A DNA stretch of 64,000 nt, taken from the NCBI GenBank assembly GCA_013416795.1, contig RQSC01000116.1:9616-73615 (forward strand), written 5' to 3'. The translations under genes and the position numbers were made by a program. Positions 1 through 11,197 of the stretch are shown here, in pieces. Every line of letters begins with the position of its first letter. Position 1 is the first letter of the stretch. This DNA comes from Prasinococcaceae sp. CCMP 1430. Its lineage: Eukaryota; Plantae; Prasinodermophyta. Under the pieces are notes generated by a model that ran no database searches, was not told the origin of the DNA, and was given only the letters and a program-made list of their open reading frames with translations.

Positions 1-6
1 CGCGGC

Positions 7-1389
7 GTGCAACGGCCGGCACGCGAGTGCGCGAAGCGCGGGGCGCCCCCGTCGGCCCGCGTGCGCGCGGTGTCGCAGGTCGCCGCACTGCGGCGCAGCA
101 CTGACCCGTGCGTGCGTTTGGGCGCCGCCGGTATAAAGGGCCCCATCATCGTCGCAGGAGGCGCTGGCTATGTGGGCTCCCACACGGTGAAGGTGCTTGC
201 CGCTGCTGAGGCCGCGAGTGCCACGCCGCGCCGAATCGTTGTTGTCGACAACCTCGAGTCGGGCCATGCAGCGGCGTTGCCTGCGGGCGTTGAGCTGGTG
301 CAGCTCGCCCTCGACGACTGTGATGCTCTGGTAGAGCTCTTCGAGCGGCTACGACCCTCCGCCGTAATCGACTTCGCCGCCTATTTGTCGGTCGGCGATT
401 CGCAGGCGATCCCCGAGGAGTACTTTCGCAACAACGTCAGGAACTTCAAGAACCTGCTCGTGGCATGTGCGGCCGCGGGGACGAAGGTGATCGTAAAGAG
501 CTCGACGCAGGCGACGTACGGGGACATCTGTGAGGATGACTGCCCCGTCGCGGAGGACTTCAATTCTGCGGCGCGCTTCGATGCGCCCACGATGCATGCC
601 GGGACGCTGAGGGGCGAGGCGGTGGACGGGCCGACGCTGTTCGCAACGCTGATGAAGGAGTACGCCGACCTGGCCAAGCCCGCGGGAGGAAAGGATACGC
701 TGGACCTGAGCTTCACCGAGGAAGACGTGAAGCGGCTGCATACGCCGTGCTCGGTGTATGGCTGGTCCAAGTTAGTCAACGAGATCATGCTGGCGAAGCT
801 CGAGGCGCTCAACGGCACGCGCTGGATCGCGCTGCGCTACGGCAACGTGTGCGGAGCGGACCCGGACGGTGAGATCGGCGAGGCAAAGCCGAAGCCTCAC
901 ACGCTGATGACGCTGGCCATCTACTCCCTGCTGGCCAACATGGGTGAGATGCCGCTCGACCGCTACGGAGTGCGGGAGGTACTTAAGGTGTTCGGCACCG
1001 ACTATCCCACCCGCGATGGCACGTGCGTGCGCGATTACGTGCACCCGACAGACCTCGCCTACGCGCACGTTGCATCTCTGCAGAAGCTCAACAACGACGA
1101 CGATTGCGAGAGCGCGGCGTACAACCTCGGCACCCAGACCGGCTCGACCGTGTTCGAGGTGCTCAAGGCGTGCGAGGCGGCTGCAGGCAAGGAGCTGCGC
1201 TACACGACCGAGGCCCGCCGCCCTGGCGACCCCGCGCTGTCGGTGCTTGACTGCCGCGCCGCTGCTGCCGCGATCGGGTACCGCACAAAATTCAACCTCG
1301 AGCGCATGGCCGCCACCGCGTGGCGCTGGCACAGGGGCCATATCGACGGCTTCTCCTACGTTGGCGCCGACGCCACGCCAGCATCATAA
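7..1389 (+). CDS. galE: UDP-glucose 4-epimerase (GalE-like SDR); true start uncertain, possibly in an upstream exon
   Basis: GGAGYVGSH Rossmann motif, VVDNL, YGWSK catalytic YxxxK, LRYGNVCGA, VFGTDYPTRDGTCVRDYVHP, RRPGDP. Confidence 0.9.
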   Translation: MQRPARECAKRGAPPSARVRAVSQVAALRRSTDPCVRLGAAGIKGPIIVAGGAGYVGSHTVKVLAAAEAASATPRRIVVVDNLESGHAAALPAGVELVQLALDDCDALVELFERLRPSAVIDFAAYLSVGDSQAIPEEYFRNNVRNFKNLLVACAAAGTKVIVKSSTQATYGDICEDDCPVAEDFNSAARFDAPTMHAGTLRGEAVDGPTLFATLMKEYADLAKPAGGKDTLDLSFTEEDVKRLHTPCSVYGWSKLVNEIMLAKLEALNGTRWIALRYGNVCGADPDGEIGEAKPKPHTLMTLAIYSLLANMGEMPLDRYGVREVLKVFGTDYPTRDGTCVRDYVHPTDLAYAHVASLQKLNNDDDCESAAYNLGTQTGSTVFEVLKACEAAAGKELRYTTEARRPGDPALSVLDCRAAAAAIGYRTKFNLERMAATAWRWHRGHIDGFSYVGADATPAS

Positions 1390-1726
1390 ACCCTTTTTAC
1401 TTCAATCATCATTTCATGTGCGTACAGCATCACTTTACCCAAATTCGCGAAGTAGCGTTGCGGTTGAGACGGCCGGCCAGGGGGGCGACCCCGCGCCCGG
1501 CCTCAGCCGCTAAAGCACAGGGACGCGCTTGCAGTGCGCGGCTTGGCGCCCCACCACTCCGCGCCAAGGTGGCGCGGTGCCACGTGCCCGCGACCCACCC
1601 CTCTCCCCCCTATCAAACCTTCACCCTCACCCACCCAACCACCCCCGGCTGCGCGCGGCGGGCGAGCCGCGTGCGCCGCCTGGGTGGCGCACGCTCGCAG
1701 CCCTGGCGCACTCGCGAGGTAGCGCG

Positions 1727-3328
1727 ATGGCGCGCGGGCGGTGGAAGGCGCTCGAAGGCGGCGGCGGCACAGAGCGGGACAGCGAGGCGTACGGGGGTGA
1801 GGGGGCGAGCGAGGGGCTTGAGCTCACACTCGAAGGCGCTCTCGGCACGACTGGCATAGGACGCTTCCAGGTCCTCGTGATCTGTCTCTGCGGGTTGGCA
1901 AACGCCGCTGACGCCGTCGAAGTCTTAGCGGCTTCCTTCCTCCTGCCAACGGCCGGCCCCGAGCTTGGCATGGACGACGTGTCCAAGGCTGCGCTGCAGG
2001 CGTCGGTGTTTGCGGGGATGCTGGGCGGTGCATTAGTCGGTGGCTCGCTCGCTGACGCGCGAGGTCGAAAGTTCGCGATGGCAGTGTGCATGGCAGTTAC
2101 GGCAATGTTCGGCGCGCTGAGCGCCGTCGGGGACAGCATTCTGATGCTTGTCGGGTGCAGAGCGCTCGCTGGGCTCGGGGTCGGTGGCTCCGCACCGCTC
2201 GCGTTCTCATACGCGTCGGAGCTCACGCCTGCGCACGTGCGTGGAAAGGTGATGATGCTCGTGGCGGCGCAGTACATGGTGGGCTCGCTCGCAACGGTTG
2301 GGCTCGCGGCAACGCTGATGCCCTTGGCTGGCTGGAGGGGCTTCTCCGCCGCGGCGGCAGCGCCCGCTGCACTGTGCTGCGTGCTCGTGCTCTTGTTCAT
2401 GCCAGAATCCCCACGATATCTGCTCGTGCAAGGCGACAGCGACGGCGCGATGCGCGTGCTGCGGCAGATGGCGGCGGCGAACCGCGTGCGCGGTCCGGCC
2501 CCTGGCGCGGCGCTCACCCCACTCGCCGTGGACTCGCAATACGACGGCGGCGGGATTCGTGGATGGGCGCGGCGCGCGCGATGCCTGCTCGCGGTGCCCG
2601 CACTGCGCCGCTCGACACTGTCGCTGGCGCTGGCGTGGTTCGCGATTTCGTTCGGATGGTACGGGAATATGCTCTATTTGCCAACGCTCTTCGCCAAGCA
2701 GGAGGGCGGCGCCACCGCCGCACCGCCGCCTCCGATGGTGCCGGGTGGCGACAGCCCTGCAGCGGAGGGGCACCTGCCCAGCGCGGTGTACGTCGATGCC
2801 GCGTTAGTAGCCGCGGCCAACTTGCCGGGCAACCTCGCGTCCATATGGCTGGTCGACTGGGCCGGCCGGAAGCGCACCTTAATATGTACGATGGGGCTCG
2901 GTGGCATCTCCGCCGTGCTCGTTGGCTTCGCGCCGCAGACGGCGGCGTGGTCGGTGGCGGCTGGCGTCATCTTCAACGGTCTGACGGTCGGCGGTTGGAA
3001 TGCCATCGCTGCGCTCACCTCGGAGGTGTTCCCAACCCCAGTACGAGCGACTGCCGGGGGCCTTGTCTCTGCTTGCGGTCGCATCGGGGGGGCGTCGAGC
3101 GGGCTCTGCCAGGCCACAGCGAAGCTCTTCGGGGATGTGGCGCCCCTCGTAGTTGGTGGTATCGTAATGATGACCGGCAGTCTCGCGGTGTCGCTGGGCG
3201 TCGACGGCGACACGGCGGGGCGGGCGCTCGCCGATACCATCGCTGAGGGCGGCGACGAGGGGAGCGGTGAGGCAGATGCGCTGCTTCGCATCGGGGTTGG
3301 CGGCAACAGCAGCGCGGATGGGAGGTAG
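1727..3328 (+). CDS. MFS transporter, SV2/SVOP-like
   Basis: IGRFQ start, GSLADARGRK motif A, YASELTPAHVRG, PESPRYL, SEVFPTPVRATA; about 12 hydrophobic segments. Confidence 0.88.
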   Translation: MARGRWKALEGGGGTERDSEAYGGEGASEGLELTLEGALGTTGIGRFQVLVICLCGLANAADAVEVLAASFLLPTAGPELGMDDVSKAALQASVFAGMLGGALVGGSLADARGRKFAMAVCMAVTAMFGALSAVGDSILMLVGCRALAGLGVGGSAPLAFSYASELTPAHVRGKVMMLVAAQYMVGSLATVGLAATLMPLAGWRGFSAAAAAPAALCCVLVLLFMPESPRYLLVQGDSDGAMRVLRQMAAANRVRGPAPGAALTPLAVDSQYDGGGIRGWARRARCLLAVPALRRSTLSLALAWFAISFGWYGNMLYLPTLFAKQEGGATAAPPPPMVPGGDSPAAEGHLPSAVYVDAALVAAANLPGNLASIWLVDWAGRKRTLICTMGLGGISAVLVGFAPQTAAWSVAAGVIFNGLTVGGWNAIAALTSEVFPTPVRATAGGLVSACGRIGGASSGLCQATAKLFGDVAPLVVGGIVMMTGSLAVSLGVDGDTAGRALADTIAEGGDEGSGEADALLRIGVGGNSSADGR

Positions 3329-3516
3329 CCCGCGTCGACCTCGCGCGTCTGAATCGGAGTCGCATGCATCGACCTGCCGTACTAGTACTAATATCTCTAG
3401 CTAGCTACAGCCACCATCACGCGGCAAGTCGCCTGCGCTGTGCGCGTGTGCATGTGTGCACGTGTGCGCGCGCGCGCGCGCGTGCGTGAGGGAGCACCAG
3501 CCGCCCGCCGCCGCAT

Positions 3517-4320
3517 CTACGCTCGTTCCTCGAGGCCCCTGCTCGCGAGCGCGGCACGCACGGCGTCGGCGGCCATGCCCTCCCGCAGCAGCTGGAAGCT
3601 CCCCTCGCTCTGTAGGTCGACGACGGTGGATCCCGCACGCGAGTCGGATGTGGTGCCGCCGTCGTACACGGCCGCGCACGCGCCCCACAGGTGCGCGAAT
3701 TCGCGCACGCGCGTCGTCGATGGGGCGCCGCTCGCGTTTGCGCTGGTGAGAGCGAGAGCGCCGCCATTGCCGAGGGCAGCGCACACGTCGCGCGCAAAGG
3801 ACCCATCCGCAGGTACACGCACGCCCACGCCCGAGACCCCGGGGTTGAGCCCCGTCGCGAGGGGCACGCCCGCCCCGCGCTTTCGTGGCAGCAGCACCGT
3901 CACCGCGCCGGGCAGCAGCGCGTCTAGCGCGCCGGCAGGAAGGTGCGCCGTCTCGCAGTAGCGCGGCACGTGTGCGAGCTCACCCACGCAGATGGCCAGC
4001 GGGTTGGTACGGTCCCGACCCTTTGCGGCGTAGAGGGCATCGATAGCGGCATCGCTCCCCGCGTCTGCCGCAAGACCGTAAAGGGTGTCTGTGGGGAGGG
4101 CAATGACGTCGCCCGCGCGCACATGCGCTGCGGCCTCGGCGGCCGCGCCGGGCGCTGAGACGGGCGTGGGAGTAGGCACGGGCGTGGGCGTTGTCGCACA
4201 CTAGTCTCTGCTCGATGTCAGGTTGCCCTCGAGGTTCAACATCGAGTCCGTACGCGCAGGCGGCCGCGCACGCGCGCGCACGCGCCATAGCGCCGCCGCC
4301 GCGAGTCGTGCAGCGCGCAT
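3517..4320 (-). CDS. YRDC: YrdC/Sua5 threonylcarbamoyl-AMP synthase; intron 4201-4281
   Basis: ALPTDTLYGLA, KGR..NPL, LTSANASG, GSTVVDL. An 81-nt GTGCGC...CTGAC...TAG intron removes the in-frame stop and joins a short Arg/Ala presequence. Confidence 0.9.
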
Positions 4321-4503
4321 CGCGCCGGGCGCACGCGTCTCCCTCTGCAGGCGCCGCCGTCGCTGGGCAAAGGGGCTACGCCCCCGCGCTGTGCTGTGTG
4401 GCACCCACAGCCAAGCGGCTGCCAGCGCTCAAAGCACGCAACGATCCAAACCCTACGCTTCAAAAAAACCTTAACCCACGCATGCACGCTCGTGCGCGGC
4501 TGC

Positions 4504-4991
4504 TCAGCCCGAGCGCAGGTCGGCGCGCAACTGCGCGACGTCGACATCGTGCCTCTCCTGGAGCTCGGTTGTCTCGTGTATCATCGCGTTGACCTTCTCC
4601 AGCACCACCGGCGCCTGGTCGCTGCCGACGACCTCGCCGACCTTCTTACCGTTTCTCCACACCTGGATGGTGGGCATCTTGGACACGCCCGCCTCCTGCA
4701 CGGCGGAGAACGGCGCCGCGTTGACATCGACCGACACAAAGCGCAGCGCGGGCATGGTGTTGGCCAGCTTCACGAGCTTCGGGCGCAGGTATTTGCACTT
4801 TCGGCACCACTTTGCCTCCCAGTCGACCACGACTGGGCCATCGGCAGCGGCCGCGGCGAGTTCGTCCACGGTGACCTCCTCGAGCTGGTGGTGGCGCTCC
4901 GCCTCTGGGTGGCCGATGTGCGGCTCCTCGTCCTCGCCTCCGCCTGCGCCGGCCGCACCGCCGGGTGCCGCCGCCGCCCCGCTGCGGCGCG
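4504..4991 (-). CDS. WCRKC-type plastid thioredoxin-like protein; 5' end lost at the N gap
   Basis: VVVDWEAKWCRKCKYLRPKL and KMPTIQVWRNG thioredoxin fold. Confidence 0.85.
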
Positions 4992-4992
4992 N

Positions 4993-5580
4993 CGGACGCC
5001 TCGGGCGCAGTCATACGTGAAGTCACTCGGGGGGGCGACCTCGGAGTGCGCGACAAGGGCGCCATCCCCACTCTCGACGGCGCGCTGGTCGCCGATGCGC
5101 AGACCGAGGCCGACCGACGTGTGGAGGCGCTGCTGCTGGCCGCGCTGGCGCGCGCGCATGCAGAGGTGGTGGTCGTCGGCGAGGAGAGCTCTGAGGGCGA
5201 AATGGACGGCGAGATGCGTGAGGCGGACGCCGAGGCCGCCCGGCGGCTTGTGGAGGGTGCGCGCTCGACGGAGGCCGAGCTGGCCGCGTCGCAGGAGGCC
5301 GGGTGGCCCGAGGCGCTGCGCGAGCCAGTGGATGCCTCGCGCGTGGTCGTGTACGCCGACCCGCTGGACGGCACCAACGAGTACGCTGGCGGCGAGCGTG
5401 AGGCTGTCACGGTTCTTATGGGCGTCGCAGTGGACGGGCGACCCGTCGCCGGCGTCATCCACCAGCCTTTCCATGGCTACGATGCGCGCGCGGCAGCGGA
5501 CGGACAGACGGACGAGCGGTTGGCACCCCTCGGGCGAACGGTGTGGGGCGGCCCGGGGGTGGGCGTCCGCGGCGGTGGGG
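4993..5580 (+). other. Inositol monophosphatase / 3'(2'),5'-bisphosphate nucleotidase fragment (N-terminal half only)
   Basis: QTEADRRVE, VVGEE, DPLDGTNEY, GRPVAGVIHQPF. The C-terminal WD motif region is absent and the fragment starts at the N at 4992. Confidence 0.75.
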
Positions 5581-5585
5581 TGCGG

Positions 5586-6983
5586 ATGGAGGCCCGAGTG
5601 AGCGCGCTCGGCAGGTGGGCGGACGGCATGGGCGCGGCGTTCAGCAAGCTCGCGACCGAGGCCAAGGCGAAGAGCAAGGTGCTGCTCGACGAGTACAAGC
5701 GCGACCTGGCGGAGTTCACGGGAAGCGTCGGGGAGGAGAGCCGCGCGCTGGGCTCGGACGCCGTCGCCAACGCGCGCAAGGTGCGAGCGCGCGCGTGAGC
5801 GCGCGAGCGCGCGCGCAACGCTGGTGGGTGTGCGCTCTTTTTTCTCGAGCGATACCGAATGCGAATGTGCGCGCGACTGTGGATGTGTTTTGAACTGCGT
5901 CGTACTCTCCCGTTGGAAGGACTTGAGGGGTATGGACGTGACCAACGGACGTTGGGGACCACACCGGCGTGTGGGCAGGCGCATCGCGCAAGGGCGCGCG
6001 CGACCGCGCGGCGCGGCGGGGCCTGGCGTGCTTGCTTTGCTGACACTCGTGCGTGCCACGCGCCGTTCGCCGCGGCGCGTCGCGGCGGCCCCTGTGTCCG
6101 CGCGTGGCGCTGGTAGGCGACGAAGGACGGCGCAGACCTGAGCAAGCGCGTGAGCACCACGGTCCTGAAGGGCACCACGGACTTCGTCGCGCAGGTTTCG
6201 GCCGCCATCAATATGTCAGATGACGAGATTCGAGCGATGAAGAGGGGCGCCAGTGGGGGTGGGAGGGACAGCGGAGGCGCGAGCGCCGGCGCCCCTGAGC
6301 CGACGCCGTTCGAACGAGCCGTCGCGGCGATGCAGCGCGATCCAAGCACGTATACGGACGAGCCCTCGGACGTTGGAGCTTTCGTGGCATGGAAGGACTC
6401 GTTTTGCGTCGAGGAGCGGCGCGCGGACATCGACACCGTCCTCGCCGAGAATGCGTTCATGGCAGAGCTCCAAAGTCGCATCGTGCCGCTCATCGTCGAA
6501 CACGAGCTCTTCTGGGAGAGGTACTTTTTCAGGCTGCACCTTCTCAAGCAAGAGATGTGCAGGGCGGACGCGGACGCCGAGGCGCAGGCTCTGTCAAGCG
6601 CTGCGGCGTCCGCTGCCGTGGCTGGCGGCGTGAATGCGGCCACCGCTGGCGCGATCGCCGACGGAGGCGGGGACATCGCTGATCAGGAGGCCGACGGCGC
6701 GGCCGAGGCCGATGCAGAAGACGCAGACAGCAACGGGTCGAGCGGGCAGGCAAGCGCGAGCGCGGCAAGCGCGTACTCGGCCAAGAGCACTGACTTCATG
6801 ATGGTGACGTCCTCGAAGTCCAAGGACAAGGACAGATCGAAACCGACCATGCCACCACCGCCACCGTCGCCGACGAACGGCGGCGCTGTGGACGACGGCG
6901 CGGATGACGACTGGGCGACGGGTGACGCCACCGCTGCCAACGATGACGACGACGACATTGACGAGGATTGGGGCGAGGACTGA
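5586..6983 (+). CDS. BSD domain-containing protein; intron 5781-6116; 5' end uncertain
   Basis: KRDLAEF N-terminal motif, IVPLIVEHELFWERYFFRL BSD core, acidic DEDWGED tail; in-frame GT..TAG intron. Confidence 0.8.
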
Positions 6984-7108
6984 AGAGCGCGAGCCGCAGT
7001 ATCATATCAGCCGCGCGGCGGCGCAAGGTCGCTCATGTAACCATTTGACCATATGACTACAGCGGCGGCTCGAGAGCGCACCAGCCCAGTAGCGCGCCTT
7101 TTGCGCGA

Positions 7109-8905
7109 TCATTGTGTTTGGGGCGGCGCGGGACCTGCCGGTGCCGCGATCGCGGGCGACGCCTTCATCTTGGCCGGCGCGGCCGCCCGTGTGCGCTCCC
7201 ACACCTGCAGGTAGGCCTCGGTGAGCGTGAGCATTTGCGGGAGGATCTCCGCCACGTTCAGGTCGCGCATCTCGTACCACGCTCCTGGCCCCTCGCTCTT
7301 GCGCTGGACGTGCACGCGCGTTGTGTGCGCAGCCTTGGGCTTGCCTTCGTGGCACACGTTGGCGACCAGGTCGTAGCGGGTGCCGTTGGCGGACTCGCGC
7401 AGCACCGCCGGAGTCACGGCCTCCGCCACGTCGAGGGCGCGCATGGGAAATGTCACCAGGGTGTGATTCTTCTCGAGGAAGAAGTTGTTCTTGAAGAAGC
7501 GTTTCATGTGCAGGACGAGGTAGGGAGGCAACCTGCGCAGCGAGAAGCGCCGTCGGCCCTGCCGCGGGTCCTCGGTGACTTCCACGCCGTTGTACTTGTG
7601 CAGCAGCGACCCCAGCGACACCTGCGGTAGGATATTGCGCTCCAGCGCGTCCTGGAAGAGCGGCTGCGGCGGGAGGTCGAGACCAAGCATCAGAAATGGC
7701 ACGGCCTGTGCATTGGTCACCGCCCCCGCTTCATCAAGCGTCTCCACTTTGAGCTCTCCCCTGAAGCACCTGCTCACAATGGTCGACTTGGCGCCGTCCA
7801 CCGCGCAAAGCTCGCGGTGCATACAATTGAGAAGCCACTGCAGGAACTCGACGGGATCGGCCGCGTCGAGGCCGAAGCGCTTCTTGGACTGCGTTATGAC
7901 CTCCTGGGCGAACTCGTGCGGCGACACGTGCCCCTTGAAACTTCGCGGGTTCCACATCTTGCGCAGCAGCTCGCCGAGGCGCCAGGTGAGCGGAGCGCGC
8001 TCGCGCACCTCGCGCCGTGCGCCACGCGCCGAGAGCAGGAAGTTGCGCAGCGGCGTGACGCGGTTAAGCGCCTGCACGACCACGTTCATGTAGTCGTGCC
8101 CCCGGATGTTGTTCAGGCCCACCGATCCAGGCAGGAACTCAGTGCCATCGAGGCTGCGCGTCCATCCGATGCTGCCGGCTCCCGTGCTGCCGCGCCCGCT
8201 GCCGCTGCTGCCGCCAACGCCGCCATTGCCACTGCCATCACTGCCGCCCCCGCTCTCACCACCCGCTGCACCGTTCCCACGCTTGTCTAACCTGGCGATG
8301 TCGGCATCCGAGAACGACGGGTCGCGGTTGAAGCGGATGTCGTTGAGCGTGTCGTCGATGACCTCGTACCCCTCCGGCAAGCAGTACGTCTTCCCCGATC
8401 CAACGTTCATGAAAATGCGGTGGCCCTCCTCGAGCGCATGTGCGTGCGCGTGCGTGCCCACGCCGCGCCCCTGGAAGTACTTGCCGCACACGAGGCAGGC
8501 GTATACGTTGGTGGTCGAGAGCGACACCGAGCACGCCTTCTGAAAGTCAAAGTCGAGCGCCCAGCGCCGCACCGATGCCACGTACGGGCACGCGCGGCTC
8601 AGCGGATTCTCACCCACACCGGCGCTCACGCCCCCACCTCGCGCCTTCTTCGCTTCGCGCTCCTGCTCCTCGCGCTCCTCCTCCTCCAGGAGCGCCGCGG
8701 CGGCCTCGTCGCGCTGCCGCTTGCGCGCCGCCTCAGGGTCCTCCGGGTCCTCAGGGTCGTCTGCGGCGGCCGCCGCGGCCGCGCGCGCCATCTCAGCGCG
8801 CGCGGCGACTGCCGCCATGCGCTCCGCCTCGGCGCGTTCATCGGGCGTGATCGCCTCGCCGCCGCCGTCCTCTCCTCCGCCGGCCCCGCCAGCCGCCGCA
8901 ACCAT
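7109..8905 (-). CDS. USP39: U4/U6.U5 tri-snRNP-associated protein 2 (USP39/Sad1)
   Basis: ZnF-UBP LDFDFQKACSVSLSTTNVYACLVCGKYFQGRG, VGLNNI, KMWNPRSFKGHVSPHE, YDLVANVCHEG. Confidence 0.95.
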   Translation of the reverse strand: MVAAAGGAGGGEDGGGEAITPDERAEAERMAAVAARAEMARAAAAAAADDPEDPEDPEAARKRQRDEAAAALLEEEEREEQEREAKKARGGGVSAGVGENPLSRACPYVASVRRWALDFDFQKACSVSLSTTNVYACLVCGKYFQGRGVGTHAHAHALEEGHRIFMNVGSGKTYCLPEGYEVIDDTLNDIRFNRDPSFSDADIARLDKRGNGAAGGESGGGSDGSGNGGVGGSSGSGRGSTGAGSIGWTRSLDGTEFLPGSVGLNNIRGHDYMNVVVQALNRVTPLRNFLLSARGARREVRERAPLTWRLGELLRKMWNPRSFKGHVSPHEFAQEVITQSKKRFGLDAADPVEFLQWLLNCMHRELCAVDGAKSTIVSRCFRGELKVETLDEAGAVTNAQAVPFLMLGLDLPPQPLFQDALERNILPQVSLGSLLHKYNGVEVTEDPRQGRRRFSLRRLPPYLVLHMKRFFKNNFFLEKNHTLVTFPMRALDVAEAVTPAVLRESANGTRYDLVANVCHEGKPKAAHTTRVHVQRKSEGPGAWYEMRDLNVAEILPQMLTLTEAYLQVWERTRAAAPAKMKASPAIAAPAGPAPPQTQ

Positions 8906-9103
8906 CGTCGCACGCCGCACGCCGCACACTGCGCCACCAGCGCGCGCTGTGACGCGGCCGCACCCCGAGAGACTAAAAAAAAAAAAAAAAGTTACCTCGG
9001 GCCCGTACAGTATGGTGCCGTCCACGCCTGCTGCGGCTGTGCGGCGCCACGCAGCATGGCGGGATGCACGTCACACGGCGCGTGCGCGCCACGGGCGGGC
9101 GTG

Positions 9104-10915
9104 ATGGAGGCGGGTGGCGGGACAAACAGTGGCGACGGGGTGGATGACGGCGGCGAGGCTGCGCGGGAGCTCGTGAGCGCCGAGGAGGTGGCCATAGAGG
9201 CGCGCGTGGAAACGGCGGACGCGGTGCCCGCGGCGGGCACAGGGGCTGAAATGGAGGGCCCCAGTAAGGCCTCCGTGGCCGAGGACAAGCAAACGCCAGC
9301 CGCTGCCGCTACTGCAGCTGCCGCCAACGGTGCGGGCGAGGCGGATGAGGCGACTGCCGCTACGGCTGTCGCCAACGGTGCGGGCGAGGCGGAGGAAGCA
9401 ACCGCGCCCGCGGCAGGAGATTCGGAAAGCGAAGGCGCGGGCCGCAACAACCAGGACGCACCGGTGGTCGAGAGCGTTCTGGAGAGCGCGCTGGATGCGG
9501 TCAAGAGCGTAGCAGGAGATGCGGAGAACAAACAGGCGGGCAGCGACGACCAGGGCGCACCGGTGGTCGAGAGTGTTCTGCAGAGCGCGCTGGATGCGGT
9601 CAAGGCCGCATCTGAGGCCGCAATGGCAGTCCCGCTTCCGACGGCGATACTGGCTGGAGCGACTGTCGTGGCCGCTGCCGCTGCTCGGCGCTTTTCGCGT
9701 CATCTGCGCGCCAAGCGCTTCCGCGCACGTTTGCAGAAGGGCGGGGACGGCCGGGAGCCACTGCGCATCGGCGTGATTGGCTGCGCTGGCATCGCGCGGA
9801 AGAACGTCGCGGCCATCGGCTCGGCACGGCACGCGTGTGAGGTCGTCGCGGTCGCTTCGAGGTCCATGCAGAAGGCAAAGAGCTTCGTTAAGGTGAACAG
9901 ACTCAATGCGTCGAAGGTGAAAGCGTACGACTCGTACACGCAACTGCTCGAGGACCCGGCAATCGATGCTGTGTACATGCCGCTGCCCACGTCGATGCAC
10001 GCGCGATGGGTGCACGCGGCTGCCCTCGCGGGCAAGCATGTCCTATGCGAGAAACCCATCGCCACTGGCGGAGCCGAGGAGGTCGACGCGATGCTCTCGG
10101 CGTGCTCCGAGCACGACGTAGTCCTCCAAGACGGGACCATGTTTACCTTCGACGCGCGCTGGGCGCGAGTGATGGGAGAGCTTGAGAACACCGCGGCCTT
10201 CGGTGAGGTGCGCCACGTGTATGCGAGCTTCTCCTTCTGCGGCGACGAGAGCTTCTACGAGAAAAACATTCGCTGCGACCCGTCGCTGGATGCGCTCGGA
10301 TGCCTCGGCGATATTGGCTGGTACGCCATCCGCGCAGCGCTGCGCGTGTACGGCTGGCAAGCACCCAGGCGGGTGACGGGTCACGGCGGCTGCCGCCGCA
10401 ACTCGCAGGGCGTGTTGCTGTCGTGTGGCGCGCAGCTCGACTTCGGCGAGGGCAGGACGGCGACCATCGAGTGCGCTTTCGACAGGGCGCTCACACAACG
10501 CGTGGTGATTACGTCCGACAAAAGTGAGCTGTCGATGGACGACGCCTTTGTCCCACGACGGTACGGAGTGGCGAGCTACACCGTGGTTTCCAAGCGCGAG
10601 ATGGTACAAAACGCGCGTAGAATCACGCAGCGCGTTCGCACTGTCACCGTGCGCTCTGCCCTGTCGCAGGAGGCGCGCATGTGGGAAGGCTTCGCCGAGG
10701 CGTGCAGTGCGCCTAACGGCGAGGCATCGGGGCGCGCGGTGCTGCGCGCGGCGTTGACGCAGCGTGTGGTGGACGCCGTGGACGAAAGCCTCAAGGAGGA
10801 CACGCCTGTGGCGGTCGTCCCGAAGCCGCTCTGCCCAGTGCCGCCCAGCCCATCCTCGCTTTCCCATAGCGTTAGCTCGCCGGTCCCCCGATCGGCGCCG
10901 ACGGGGGAGCTCTGA
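9104..10915 (+). CDS. Gfo/Idh/MocA family oxidoreductase with a long repetitive N-terminal extension
   Basis: RIGVIGCAGIA, DAVYMPLPT, GKHVLCEKP, GCLGDIGWY. Confidence 0.88.
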   Translation: MEAGGGTNSGDGVDDGGEAARELVSAEEVAIEARVETADAVPAAGTGAEMEGPSKASVAEDKQTPAAAATAAAANGAGEADEATAATAVANGAGEAEEATAPAAGDSESEGAGRNNQDAPVVESVLESALDAVKSVAGDAENKQAGSDDQGAPVVESVLQSALDAVKAASEAAMAVPLPTAILAGATVVAAAAARRFSRHLRAKRFRARLQKGGDGREPLRIGVIGCAGIARKNVAAIGSARHACEVVAVASRSMQKAKSFVKVNRLNASKVKAYDSYTQLLEDPAIDAVYMPLPTSMHARWVHAAALAGKHVLCEKPIATGGAEEVDAMLSACSEHDVVLQDGTMFTFDARWARVMGELENTAAFGEVRHVYASFSFCGDESFYEKNIRCDPSLDALGCLGDIGWYAIRAALRVYGWQAPRRVTGHGGCRRNSQGVLLSCGAQLDFGEGRTATIECAFDRALTQRVVITSDKSELSMDDAFVPRRYGVASYTVVSKREMVQNARRITQRVRTVTVRSALSQEARMWEGFAEACSAPNGEASGRAVLRAALTQRVVDAVDESLKEDTPVAVVPKPLCPVPPSPSSLSHSVSSPVPRSAPTGEL

Positions 10916-11197
10916 CCTGCAGTGCCGCACAAGCTGAGCGTGAGTAATATGAGTATGAATTGTTGTGGCGGTCGATTGACTTGGTGCACAATCGCACGCC
11001 ACGCTGGCGTTCGTCGCGCGTGCGCGCGGCCTCGGTGGCAGCCGCGTCGCGGTGTGCCTCCCCGATCGAGACATGCTACGCCGCCTCCTTACTGCGATGT
11101 TTCGCATGGCGAGCGCGCGCCGCGTCAGTACATGCGCGAGCAGGCTCGAATGCAAGCGTGCCTTTGTGCGAGAGCCGAACGCCGCGACCTGGCGCGC

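Noticed and set aside
4201-4203. In-frame TAG upstream of the YrdC domain, suggesting readthrough
   Set aside because: It is the acceptor end of an 81-nt intron with a good donor and branch site
8080-8125. USP domain lacking the catalytic Cys (GHDYMN)
   Set aside because: Normal for USP39/Sad1, which are pseudo-deubiquitinases
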